Below are positions 47,141 to 64,000 of a stretch of 64,000 nucleotides of DNA, one piece after another. The stretch is from the human T2T-CHM13v2.0 reference genome, Homo sapiens. The notes beneath the pieces are model-generated. The model worked only from the letters and a program-made list of their open reading frames with translations. It searched no databases and was not told where the DNA came from. Both the position numbers and the translations under genes were made by a program. The stretch is from NCBI RefSeq assembly GCF_009914755.1, contig NC_060942.1. The stretch is one strand, 5' to 3'. Each line of letters opens with the position of its first letter. The stretch's first letter is position 1.

Positions 47141-47508
47141 TTAGTCAGGCTTTGTGTCCGCACCCAAATCTCATTTTGAATTATAATCCCCATAATCCCC
47201 ACATGTCAAGGGAGAGACCAGGTAGAGGTAATTGGATCATGGGGGCGGTTTCCTCCATGCTGTTCTTCTGATACTGAGTTCTCACAAGTCTGATGGTTTT
47301 ATAAGTGTTTGGCAGTTCATCCTGCATCATTCTCTCTCCTGCCACCTTGTGAAGAAGGTCCCTGCCTCCCCTTCACCTTCCACCATGATTGGAAGTTTCC
47401 TGAGGCCCCCCTAGCCATGGAGAACTGTGAGTCAATTACACCTCTTTCCTTTATACATTACCCAGTTTCGGGAAGTTCTGTAGAGCAGTGTGAAAATAGA
47501 CTAACACA
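47141..47508 (+). mobile_element. THE1D-like MaLR LTR
   Basis: cacccaaatctcat...gactaacaca. Confidence 0.85.
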
Positions 47509-47622
47509 GATCATTTAAAATATCCCACACATCACTGAGGCTCTGCTCATTATTGTTCATCTTTGCTCCCCTTCATTTTCAAAATGCATAATTTCTAATG
47601 GTCCTTCTCCAAGTTCATGGAC

Positions 47623-50585
<2,963 letters not shown>

Positions 50586-51829
50586 CTGACCCTTTCTTCT
50601 GCCATCCCCAATCACTATTAAGCCCAGCCAGTGAATGTTTTTATTTCAGAAATTGTACTTTTCAGTTGTTGAATATCCGTTTGGCTCTTTTTTTATAGTT
50701 TCCATTTCTCTGTTGACATTTCCCATATATTATTCAATAATTATTGTGGTACTTTTCATCAGTACTCTAGGGGAGGAAAAACAGCCCAATTTATTATCTA
50801 GACAAGCAAACGTTTTATCTAAAATACAACTGGAAAAGAGCAAAGATGTCAAATGTCCTTGACTTTAAGAACTTCCAGATTTAAATTTGTTCTTTAATTC
50901 TAAGGAAATACTATTGAATATAATAGTCACATCTCATCTTAATTGACCAGGAATTTATGTCACAATGTTTTAGAAAGGATACCATCTTTTCTGGGATAAA
51001 AAATTGTCAAGTTATTGTACTAAAATTATATAATATGTCAGTTAACATTAGGGGAAGCTGGATGAAGGATATGAGCAACTCTTCGAACTATTTTGCAACT
51101 TTAGCTCCTATCCTTTGCTGAAAGGGTCCTGATTAATATAGTTCATAAATAGAAAATGTATTCATTGAATATTTGTATAGATAGACCTCAACAGGGAACT
51201 TCTGAAACACTGATCCTCATCAGTGAATTATAATTTGAGATTAAAGAAATTATCTCCTTTCTTTCTAATATATTCTGAACATATCCAAATTCAAATCATT
51301 CTTTTAAACTAAGCATTAGTAATGTCTTTTCTATCCAGGCTCTTATTTTATACTATATATATTTCCTGAGTGATCTTGTTCACATTGTTTCAGCAACCAC
51401 CACTGTGCTGATGAAAATGAATTTATATCTTCTACTTAACCTTCTCCTCAAAGCTTTAAGAACCAGATATTCAATTGCCTGTTAGCATCAACACATCACT
51501 ATTTCCCATGCAGCTCAAGGTTAACTTGTCAACATGAAATTAATCATCTTTCCCACTAACTTTACTCTTTTAAATAGAATTTTAAAATGTTAATTGATAA
51601 AAATATAATCTATCTGAACTCTAAAAGATGACATCCAGCCATCAAACCTAATTATTTATCTTTTCTTCCAATTATTTGAGTCATCCTTTTTTCCTGCTTA
51701 CTACTACCATCATCTACTATAATTACATCATAATTTTAGTCTCAATTCCCACCCTAATACATCCCCCATATGGTGCCAGGGTTGTATCTGAATTGCAAGG
51801 CTGTTTCTCTGTTTTCTATCTTTATCTTT

Positions 51830-51982
51830 ATTTTTTTTTTTAGAGACAGGGTCTTGCTCTGTCACCCAAGCTGAAGTGCAGTGACATGACCATAGCTTAC
51901 TGCAGCCTCAAGCTTCTGGGCTCAAGCCATCCTCCTGCCTCAGCCTTCCGAGTAGCTAGTACTACAGGGGTGGGCCACCATG
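51830..51982 (-). mobile_element. FRAM/AluJ monomer
   Basis: Alu right arm. Confidence 0.8.
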
Positions 51983-52413
51983 AAAGGCTGTCTCTTGAGT
52001 GGCTTCCCATTGCATAGAAAATACAAACTCTCTTTGATCTCAGCTTTGCTCCCGTCTCTAGCCTTCCTTCCAGGCACTCACTTTCCACTGCTTTATCTCA
52101 AGCAGTTAAACTTGCCCACAAAATTATGTTGTTCTTTGATTTCCCACCTTGACTCATGTCTTAGACATCAGTGCTCTTCCTGCCCTTGTCACCTGTGACT
52201 GTTCCTCCTTTATCAGCTCAGGAGGTAGCTACTTCATGATGCAACTTCTTAATTTCTAAATTCAGATCTGGTGCCCCTCTCTGAGCTCTCAGGAATCATG
52301 TCCCTATTTTCAATTGCTGTGGCTATCACAGTGGTCTTTTTCCTTTGTCTCCCCTCATTTGTTTTTCTGCTGTAATTGAGAAAATAGTAGTCCAAGTTAC
52401 AGATACTCCTAAT

Positions 52414-52432
52414 GAACACTAGATGGCACTCT
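52414..52432 (+). promoter_or_regulatory. CTCF core-like motif
   Basis: GAACACTAGATGGCACTCT, one mismatch to the core. Confidence 0.5.
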
Positions 52433-53220
52433 TATCTTTTGTTTGAGCAAATGAGTTGCTATTAATTCTACGTCTAAACTCAGCTTTTAAAATTGTCGTT
52501 TTCCTGGTTAAATCTCAGAGTTAAAAATAAAAGCATTTCTGTCCTGAAGTTGTTTGTTTGTTGTTTGTTTTAATGAAACCAAGTCTTTATATGTATGCAG
52601 GTTCAACAAGGAATCACTCAATCCCAAAACAAAAACTACTCCATTAAATAAATTGGCTTAGCCCTGCCATCCCAGTTAGTACTGCTATTGAAACAAATAT
52701 ATTGATTTTCAAAAGCATGTAATTAATTGTGTTTTGGGGGGTAAAATAATGGAACTTGGAGAGAGGGCTGAAAAATTTGTCTTTTAATCTTCATAAAAGA
52801 TAAACTAACCCTTTGCAATACAAATGAGTAGTAAATATTTTATGATCTATTATGATTATCTGTAGAGCTATCAAAGTGTTAAATAGTTTAAAAGAGGTCT
52901 GAAGATTACACCAAAACAATACTATATCATGGAAAAAAATTTAGAACATGTTTTCAAAAGCAAAGGCTTGATAGTGCTTTAATTATTTTAATTTTTTTAG
53001 ATGTTTCTTATACACAGAAGACTCATATCATGTTACCTTTTATCTTCCTTCTCAAATCTAACACTCTCCCAGTTTACCAGCTCTGTAAATGGCTCCACTC
53101 CCATTCAATTATTATAGCCTCAAACTTTGTGGTATTCCTAATTTTTCCCTTCCCTTCATAATCTATAACCAAATCATTAGCAAATAAATCTACTGGTTCT
53201 TCCTTCAAAATATATCTCTA

Positions 53221-53667
<447 letters not shown>

Positions 53668-54173
53668 TTAATGGTCTCTTTGCCCAAGCTGCCCAAGCCA
53701 CTATAAGCCCTCAGCTCTGGGAAAGAGGCCAACTCCATTCTAAATCTATTTTACATAGAACCCTTAAGGAACAACTTCAGGTAAAAACTCCTCAAATTTG
53801 AACTAATCTAAGAAAGTTCATATAGTAAAAAGAACCATGAAACAGTTTAAGCAACGAATTGTAGGAACATTGTCTAGCCATCACAATCCTATGCTTCCAG
53901 AAAAGAGGATTTGATATTGCTTTCTATTACAGCAGATATTACCAGCAATGTTCTTTTTCTATTGGATTCTAAATAATCCGAACTGCCCAAAAGGAGTTAT
54001 TTATATTAGTGAAAGAACAGTGAATCTTGAAAGTATTTCTCCTGTGGTAATAACGCTTTTTGTTATATAGTGAATGCAGCTTCCTCAAATAACTGAAAAT
54101 TTCATCTTGTTATTAAATAGTCTAGCCTCTTTGCAATTCATTTTATTGGAGAACATTTACTGGACAAGCCTAC

Positions 54174-54386
54174 CCTTCCCGGGTGATTTACACGGATTAA
54201 GTTAGAAATGGAGCAACATCTTATTCCTTTCATTAAAGAGGGGTAATTTCTCCCATAAAATTTATTGGTATGGTATAGGGAAGGTCAATCTATTAAATTT
54301 TCTTGGAAATTTGTTTTTAGCTCCATTCAGCAGATCAATCTCCAGCCAGCCTGAGCCTAGATAATATGCTTCTTTTGTCATTGGAT
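54174..54386 (-). pseudogene. Fossil exon, 213 bp (PMTKEAYYLGSGWLEIDLLNGAKNKFPRKFNRLTFPIPYQ*ILWEKLPLFNERNKMLLHF*LNPCKSPGK)
   Basis: tttctctgttag acceptor; AGG|GTAGGC donor; symmetric phase 1. Confidence 0.6.
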
Positions 54387-54829
54387 CTAACAGAGAAACT
54401 GAGAATCACATTTTAAGGGATTGGAATGAAGTGTTCCTATCATCTGCTTCTTTTTTTTTTTTTTTTTTTTTGTCTCTCAGGGTCTTCTGAATCCAGTTAT
54501 TTTTCACCATGTATTTTGATTCAATTTATTCCTCCATCCTCAGTTTACCACAGGGGAGGAACATTATAAACACATATAACTATCTGAAAATAATATTTAG
54601 GCACCCTTTTTAAGGCACAGAAGTTATTGCTTCTAAATTCAAGTTAATTTGTTTTCTAATATAGTTTGTGTAAAACTATTAAAAATTTTTTCATTTCTTA
54701 TTCCAAAAATATTTTTTCCAAGATTGGACAGAAGAGATAGGGAACAACTGTCCAGATTACGGTAGCCAACATTATAAATAGGAGTCATGCCTTAGATATT
54801 GCTTCCTTAATATATTTTTAATAACATTG

Positions 54830-55050
54830 GTTACCATTTATTGAATATATTTTATGTGTCAGTGGCTGAGCTGAGCACTTTCTGTGCTTTCCCATTTAAC
54901 TTATTTAGTCTTCACATCAACCCTATCAAGTAGGTGTTGCTCTCTTGTTTTACAGCTGAGGAAACTGAGGTCAGTGATGTTAAGAAACTACCCAAACCCA
55001 CATAACCAGTATGTGACACTGCAGGGCTCAAGCCCCAGTTCTTTCTGGAC
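54830..55050. mobile_element. MIR (other MIR fragments near 29815, 30500, 38330 and 59470)
   Basis: ttttacag.tgaggaaactgagg core. Confidence 0.75.
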
Positions 55051-55151
55051 TCAATCTGTTTCTTTATTTGTTTTTAACCAAACTACAATTCCTTTGATGC
55101 TTGCTCTTCCCTGCAAATGTTCTCAAGTGGATACTCACAAGAATAACTTAC

Positions 55152-55214
55152 AAACTTCAAGTGTTTGGGAGATTTTGAATCCTTGACATTTTCTATCATG
55201 TTCAATGAACTAGT
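55152..55214 (-). pseudogene. Fossil exon, 63 bp (TSSLNMIENVKDSKSPKHLKF)
   Basis: tgcattttag acceptor; TTT|GTAAGT donor; open in phase 0. Confidence 0.5.
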
Positions 55215-55735
55215 CTAAAATGCACTCAAACATGGAGACTCATCTGAGCCAAGTGGACAATTTTAGAAAGCACTTGCTCGATTGTCTTTAAAATTGCATC
55301 CTCAGACTCATAAAACATTTCTCAAAATTAACCGGAGAAATTAGGTACCACTTTTAGTAATAATAAAAAAAAATCCAAACTACTATCTATATATAGTATA
55401 TGTAAAAGTCCACACAATTATATATAGAGATTATCTATATCTATTATCTATGTTTTGCGGCCATGATGGTTGATATAAAAGCCACAATCTTGCATGGCAT
55501 TTGATTTTGTTGTGAAGTAGATAAGAGTCCTGTAGATTTCTAAGAGCCTAAAAAACCCTCAAGTGCTAGTAGTCCTCTGCTCACACTACCAGGGAAAATG
55601 ATGAAAGTTTAGGCTGATGGATGTGCCTTAGGAGCAGCACCTTGGGACACCAACATAGACTGAGTGCTAAAGGAGAGATGACTATAAGCGAAATAAGTGG
55701 AGCATCTGTTAAGACCCAGAGAGGTGCTGCACTGA

Positions 55736-56072
<337 letters not shown>

Positions 56073-57390
56073 ATCTTTTTTTTTTTTTAAAGAAACATAA
56101 ACATAAATTTAACTAGCAATAGTTAATTCATTATTTTATATATAGGACTTTCCTCATAATTTCTGTTATTCTCTAGGAGGTTTGCTTTAATTATTTAAGA
56201 AATGTTGGATATTAGATGAAAATATCACTGAAGACAGAAAATATTATCTATTTAAACTATGGCCAGAATATAGACATTTATAACTTATTTTTCATCCCTA
56301 TTTTACCCCAGGGGAAAATGTTAAAATTAAATTTAGGTTTGATCACTAGATAAATCTTTTCTTCCTCACACTATATTTTGATCCTGAAATAAGTTGTGAT
56401 ATTCAGTTATAACAGAGAAAAAAATACTTGGAAACTATATGCCACACAAATTAAAGGAAAATTATTTTTGTTCTGATTATAAATTTAGAATTTTACATTA
56501 TACATTCTAAAGACAAGATCTAAAGAACTTCTAATAAGTATTTGGCACTTCTATTGAGAGCACATTAAAAACACCTAAAGCATCAAAGAAAGAAGAAAAA
56601 AAAACATAAAACTTAGAAGAAGTTAGAGAATTTTAGAGGGGAAAATGTATAGGCTTAAAAATAATAGCTGGAACATTTTTAAAGCTGTTACATGAGGATT
56701 TAGATTTCCCTTCCTCCCCGACCAAGCATGGCAGTGCTATTAAGGGAAGTAACACCTACTTAAAGGATGTTAAGAAAGTAAAATTTTGTTTTGCTTCACA
56801 CCAATAAGCTAACATTGTAGCATGAAGTTGGTCAGGTAACACGTTTCGTAATTACAGTGGCAGATGCTGGTCATTACAGAGTCCCAAGAAAGTTCCAGGC
56901 TCTGGGCTTAAAATCCTGGCTTTTCTTTGATATGGAGGGCTAGAGATTCCTCCACCCCTTCCCAACACCTTCACCTCACCACTCCTCTGCAAAAATTCAG
57001 GTTCAGCAAAAACTCATCAAACATCTTTCAATCTCATATTTCTTTATTTGTAGCCTATTTACCTTCTTTTATAATATTAGTTTTCTTAACAAATTTTCTC
57101 TTTTAGCCTTCTGTTTTTCAATACTTTTAGCCAAAATCCAATGGTGTAGTAGTTATAGAAGACGTCTTTTGTTTTTTAAAAAATGTCATTTTTCATGCAT
57201 ATTGTAATAGCTCTGTCATCACACCCTATTGAACTTTATATAGCTCAGTCTCAACCACCATTCTTAAACCTTATTTACACAGCACTTAGGTAATTGTTAA
57301 AAGTGTTTTTACTTCTTTTTCTTATGTCTTTATATATTGCCTTCTCAATGTATGTGGTCTTTATTGATTAAAATTTGTTGTTGTCACTAC

Positions 57391-57977
<587 letters not shown>

Positions 57978-58072
57978 CTGGAAACAGCAGCAACATAGCA
58001 ACCAAGGCTAAGCTATTGATTGGCTGGTTTTTAGGGATCCATATGCTGCTAGGACATTCAGTGATCACTTAC

Positions 58073-58106
58073 AAAGATAGGTTCGGGTACCACGATCTCT
58101 CCTTTT
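58073..58106 (-). pseudogene. Fossil exon, 34 bp (KGEIVVPEPIF)
   Basis: ctttaatttctag acceptor; TTT|GTAAGT donor; phase 2 to 0, open. Confidence 0.7.
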
Positions 58107-58132
58107 CTAGAAATTAAAGATTGTTTATAAGT

Positions 58133-58423
58133 TGTTTTTTTTTTTTTTTTTTTTGAGACGGATTCTGGCTCTGTCGCTCAGGCTGAGTGCAGTGGTGCAA
58201 TCTCGGCTCACTGCAACCTCCCCGCCTCCCAGGTTCAAGCTATTCTCCTGTGTCAGAGTAGCTGGGATAACAGGCATGTGCCACCACGCCTGGCTAATTT
58301 TTGTATTTTTAGTAGAGATGGGGTTTTGCTGTGTTAGCCAGGCTGGTCTCACACTTCAGATGATCCGCCCGCCTCGGCCTCCCAAATTGTTGGGATTACA
58401 GGTGTGAGCCACCGTGCCCAGCC
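58133..58423 (-). mobile_element. AluS
   Basis: Alu consensus. Confidence 0.9.
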
Positions 58424-58454
58424 GAAAGATAGTTTATAAAATTCTGATACTTAC

Positions 58455-58539
58455 AGAATCACTTTATGATTTCTGAATGGACATATGTCCTCATGAGTGT
58501 ATCCTAGAGTCATTCTTCCACTCATTCCACAGCTGTGTC
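58455..58539 (-). pseudogene. Fossil exon, 85 bp (HSCGMSGRMTLGYTHEDICPFRNHKVIL)
   Basis: gtgcctgtatcccag acceptor; TCT|GTAAGT donor; phase 1 to 2, open. Confidence 0.7.
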
Positions 58540-58560
58540 CTGGGATACAGGCACACGTGA

Positions 58561-59087
<527 letters not shown>

Positions 59088-59113
59088 CTGAAGAATTAAT
59101 ATTAATAATAATG

Positions 59114-59486
<373 letters not shown>

Positions 59487-59734
59487 TTACTCCAGGTACT
59501 GTGCTAAATATTTCACATGCATGGTCTCATTTAATCCTTGAAACAACCTATATACAGTTGTTATGCTCATTTTACACATAGAGAAAACTGAGGCTTGGAG
59601 AAAATGCAAAATTTTGCCAAAGTTATACCTAGTAAGTGGTGGGAAAATGGATTTGGAGTACTCTGACTTCAAAGTTCCAATTTTTCCCCTTCTTTTCCTA
59701 TCCCCCCCATTCTCCTCTTTCGTTTAATTAATTT

Positions 59735-60480
<746 letters not shown>

Positions 60481-61019
60481 CTAACGGCACAGGAAACAAG
60501 GACAAAATGCTTGATTTAGTTAAGACGCTTAATACCACATGAATCAGTGCTTTTCAAATCTGTGTCAATCAATAACTGAGGAAGATTAATCTGGCAATAT
60601 TACTATTCTTATAAATTTTTGTTTTAGAGACAGGATCTCGCTCTCACTAAGTTGCTCAGGCTGGCCTGGAACAGTTGGCCTCAAGCAATCCTCCTGCATC
60701 AGGCTCCCAAAGTGCTGGGATTACAGCCATAAGCCCCGGTGCCAGCTGTCTGGCAATATTATTTTACTGTAGGTTATGATTGACCTGACTAACAATGCTT
60801 ACATAAGCAGAATAAAAATATAACTCTCCACTTTTTTAGATGGCACATCGTGCCCATACATGTTTTTACCATCGTGCTTCAAAATTAAATAGAATCCTCA
60901 AGAAAGTATATCTTATTTAAGTATTTGAAAGAGATTCTATAATATTTTAAATGGTATGTGAGATAGAAAATGTATGGCGCACATCCACTGTTTTTGTCTG
61001 CCCAGGATAATTTCCTCCT

Positions 61020-61310
61020 CTTCCAGGGACAATGCCGCGATTGCTATTCTTGGCCTGCACCTGCGGGAAACTGGCCCCATGCCCCTGGTTCAAAGCTTGA
61101 TCATGTGACCCAAGCCGAATTAGCCAGAAGTGCTGTAATTGGTTCAGGGGTGAGCATGTGCTCCTATCCAGGCCAATGAGAGTCAACCTTGGGTCTTTTT
61201 CCAGAACCACGGCGAACTATATGTAGTCTTTCTCCTGGGTTTACTAAACTGTTCAGAATTAAGTTGAGTTGCTACTGACCACCTTTGCTGATACTTGGGA
61301 AGACTCTGCC
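61020..61310. mobile_element. Probable old MLT1-type LTR fragment
   Basis: catgtgaccca...ccaggccaatgagagtc motifs. Confidence 0.5.
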
Positions 61311-61808
61311 TGATCTCATTTTCTCAGAGGAAAGCAGAGATGGAAAAACACTGCTTTAAAGGGCAAGTAAGAATCTGAATAAGGGTAAAGGTTAAGGGAG
61401 GGAATTCCAGGTAGGAAAGGCCAGAAAGCAAAACACTGAGGTGCAAATGTGCGTGGTGAGGGTAGGGGGTAATGAGACAGCCAGGATGGAGTGGAGGTGT
61501 GGTGTTAGACGTCATTGAAGGTAAAGGTGCACAGGTGAATGGGACTGGGTCTTGGAGGCCTTGAATAGCAAGCAGAAAATTTGTAGCTTTGTGGGGGCAG
61601 GCATTAAGGAATCACTGTATAAATTTGAGTGGGTGGTTAAATATTAAATAGGAACGTTAATCTGACAGTGTTGTGAATGATAGGTAGAATGGGAATATGG
61701 AAGAAACTGAAGTCAGTGTGACTGGCTGTGTAATCACTGTAGTGACTGAACGTAATTGATTTTGCTAATTTATTATTATTTCTTAATTTATTTAAAAATA
61801 GTTTGGCT

Positions 61809-62118
61809 CGCCGGACGTGGTGGCTTATGCCTGTAATCCCAGCACTTTGGGGGGCCGAGGCGTATGGATAACTTGAGGTCAGGAGTTCGAGACCAGCCTG
61901 GCCAACATGGTGAAACCCCGTCTCTACGAAAAATACAGAAATTAGCCCAGCGTGGTGGTGGGCGCCTGTAATCCCAGCTACCTGGGGGGCTGAGGCAGGA
62001 GAATCGCTTGAACCTGGGGAGGCGGAGGTTGCAGTGAGCCGAGATCATGCCATTGCACTCCAACCTGGGCGACAGAGCAAGACTCTGTCTCAAAAAAAAA
62101 ACGAAAAAACAAAAAAAC
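61809..62118 (+). mobile_element. AluS
   Basis: TSD aaaaa(t/c)agtt(t/c)ggctc. Confidence 0.92.
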
Positions 62119-62330
62119 AGTTCGGCTCATAAGAATAATGAGAGGATGAAAAGTAAAACAAAGTTCTTTTTGAAGTCCCTAGTCAACAATATAGCAAGCA
62201 ACTGAAATGAAATATAATGTTAGAAAATAAGATTACATCAAGCATTTGTACCAAGATCAGAATGTTCTAAGGCTTATTAACTGGTTGGCTTTTTTTTTTT
62301 TTAAATAAGCTACAAATCAATGTGGTTTAC

Positions 62331-62597
62331 TTGGCTCCTGGCCTCCTTATAATCAGCCAACACTTGGACACAGGAAGGGGAACATCACACACCGGGGCCT
62401 GCCGTGGGGTGGGGGGAGGGATAGGATTAGGAGATATACCTAATGTAAATGACGAGGTAATGGGTGCAGCACACCAACATGGCACGTGTATACATATGTA
62501 ACAAACCTGCACGTTGTGCACATGTACTCTAGAACTTAAAGTATAATAAAAAAATTTAAAAAGACAAAAAAAAAATATAATCATCATAAAAATCCAA
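62331..62597 (-). pseudogene. Fossil exon, 39 bp after removing the L1 (LDFYDDYKEARSQ)
   Basis: T10-ag acceptor; CAA|GTAAAC donor; open in phase 0 once the L1PA and one TSD are excised. Confidence 0.65.
62356..62575 (+). mobile_element. 5'-truncated L1PA (about L1PA4-6) 3'UTR
   Basis: gggtgcagcacaccaacatggcac...cttaaagtataataaaaaa; TSD tataatca. Confidence 0.93.
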
Positions 62598-63240
62598 CTA
62601 AAAAAAAAAGCAGCAGTCCCCGTTAAGAATTTCCAACAGGAGTAAAGCAGAAGCAAATAGATAAATTATGAAAAGTGAGTTTAACTATTGTCTGGAATAT
62701 CTCCTATCCTTCCCTGACCTCCTCTTTCTACCAACCCTGTTCAAGTTCAGACTCTCATACCTCCTCCCTGGGTTATTGAATTAGGTTCTTTCTCATTTTC
62801 TTGCCTTCTTTTTTTCTCTATTCGATCCAATTTATATATTACTCCCAGATGATCTTCTTAAATTACAGCTAAGATCATATCAACTCCCTGTTCCAAATAC
62901 CTAACCATTTTCCATCGGGTTCCAAAAGCTTTAATGTTGTATTCAAGGTCATCCAGAGGTCTGTCCTCAATTTCCTTCCCTGGCCTTGTTTCTCAGTACA
63001 TCCTGCTTTCACTACATCAGATGAAATCATATCATACTTTCCTCACCAGACAAGATAAATATTTTTATCCCCAAAGCGTATAACCTCTCTGTCCTCAGGG
63101 TTCCCATAGTTTTCGTTTTAATCTCTCAGAGCAAATCACATTAACCATCACCCAAAAGCCCTCTTCCGCCAACTTGACAATAAGCAGTTTGAGGCATTGG
63201 ATCTTGTTCATTTTGTATTTTCCACAGCACCAGTATAAAC

Positions 63241-63532
63241 TTTTTTTTTTTGAGACGGAGTCTCACTCTGTCACCCAGGCTGGAGAGCAGTGGCTCGATC
63301 TCAGCTCACTGCCACCTCTGCTTCCTGGGTTCAAGCGATTCTCCTGTCTCAGCCTCCTGAGTAGCCGGGATTACAGGCACGCGCCACCACTCCCAGCTAA
63401 TGTTTTGTATTTTTAGTAGAGATGGGGTTTCACCATGTTGGCCAGGATGGTCTTGATCTCCTGACCTTGTGATCCGCCCGCCTCACCCTCCCAAAGTGCT
63501 GGGATTACAGGCATGAGCCACCGTGCCGGGCC
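63241..63532 (-). mobile_element. AluSc-like
   Basis: Alu consensus. Confidence 0.92.
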
Positions 63533-63877
63533 TAAACTTCTTTACTTTGGCTTTTATCAAAATAATACATGCCTATACTTGAAAGAACCAAGTAGTTCTT
63601 TCTCAAGGTTTATTAGGAAAAACAGCTATCCTTTACCACTTCTCCTCTTATCTAATAATTTTGATATTTACCTCTATCTAAATAATACACTTATACTGCT
63701 ATTTTATGATTTGTCGGTTTTAGGCATTATGAATAAAACTGCATGAAGGAAGACAAATATTTAGATCTTTCCCCTCCCCTACATGTTCCCACAACATACT
63801 TGAGTTCTTCCTATCCTCCATCTTTCCAATACAGTTATAATTTTTGTCATATCCATATTACTTATTAATATATAAAT

Positions 63878-64000
63878 GGCTGGGCGTGGTGGCTCATGCC
63901 TGTAATCTCAGCACTTTGGGAGGCCAAGGCGGGCGGATCACCTGAGATTGGGAGTTCCAGACCAGCCCGACCAACATGGAGAAACCCTGTCTGTACTAAA
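63878..64000 (+). mobile_element. AluSp/Sq, cut by the window end
   Basis: Alu left arm. Confidence 0.9.

Noticed and set aside
60800-60936. Additional minus-strand exon candidate
   Set aside because: Two possible donors and stops in every frame; boundaries cannot be fixed from sequence alone

Overview
Primate (human-like) genomic DNA, AT-rich and very dense in interspersed repeats: more than 60 Alu copies or fragments, several old L1s (one near-full-length L1MA-type with TSDs), MaLR/ERVL LTRs, an internally deleted ERVL provirus, MER2, MIRs and microsatellites. I see no intact protein-coding gene, RNA gene or CpG island, and most ORFs in the supplied track are Alu, L1 or simple-repeat artefacts. 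The main hidden structure lies in the unique DNA between the repeats: a chain of minus-strand segments with canonical AG/GT splice sites and mostly matching reading phases, from at least 62.6 kb down to about 35.6 kb. They translate to protein-like sequence broken by stops (many TGA), small frameshifts and Alu/L1 insertions inside exons. This reads as a decayed multi-exon gene (probable unitary pseudogene) that I cannot name. Other notable items: a 100%-identical 441-bp copy (13008-13448 = 17277-17717) pasted into an older Alu, a paired RFX X-box/FOX element beside a minus-strand splice donor (24.9 kb), two divergent CTCF motifs, and a very young AluY. Repeat subfamily calls are from memory of consensus sequences and boundaries are approximate (about +/-10-20 bp).
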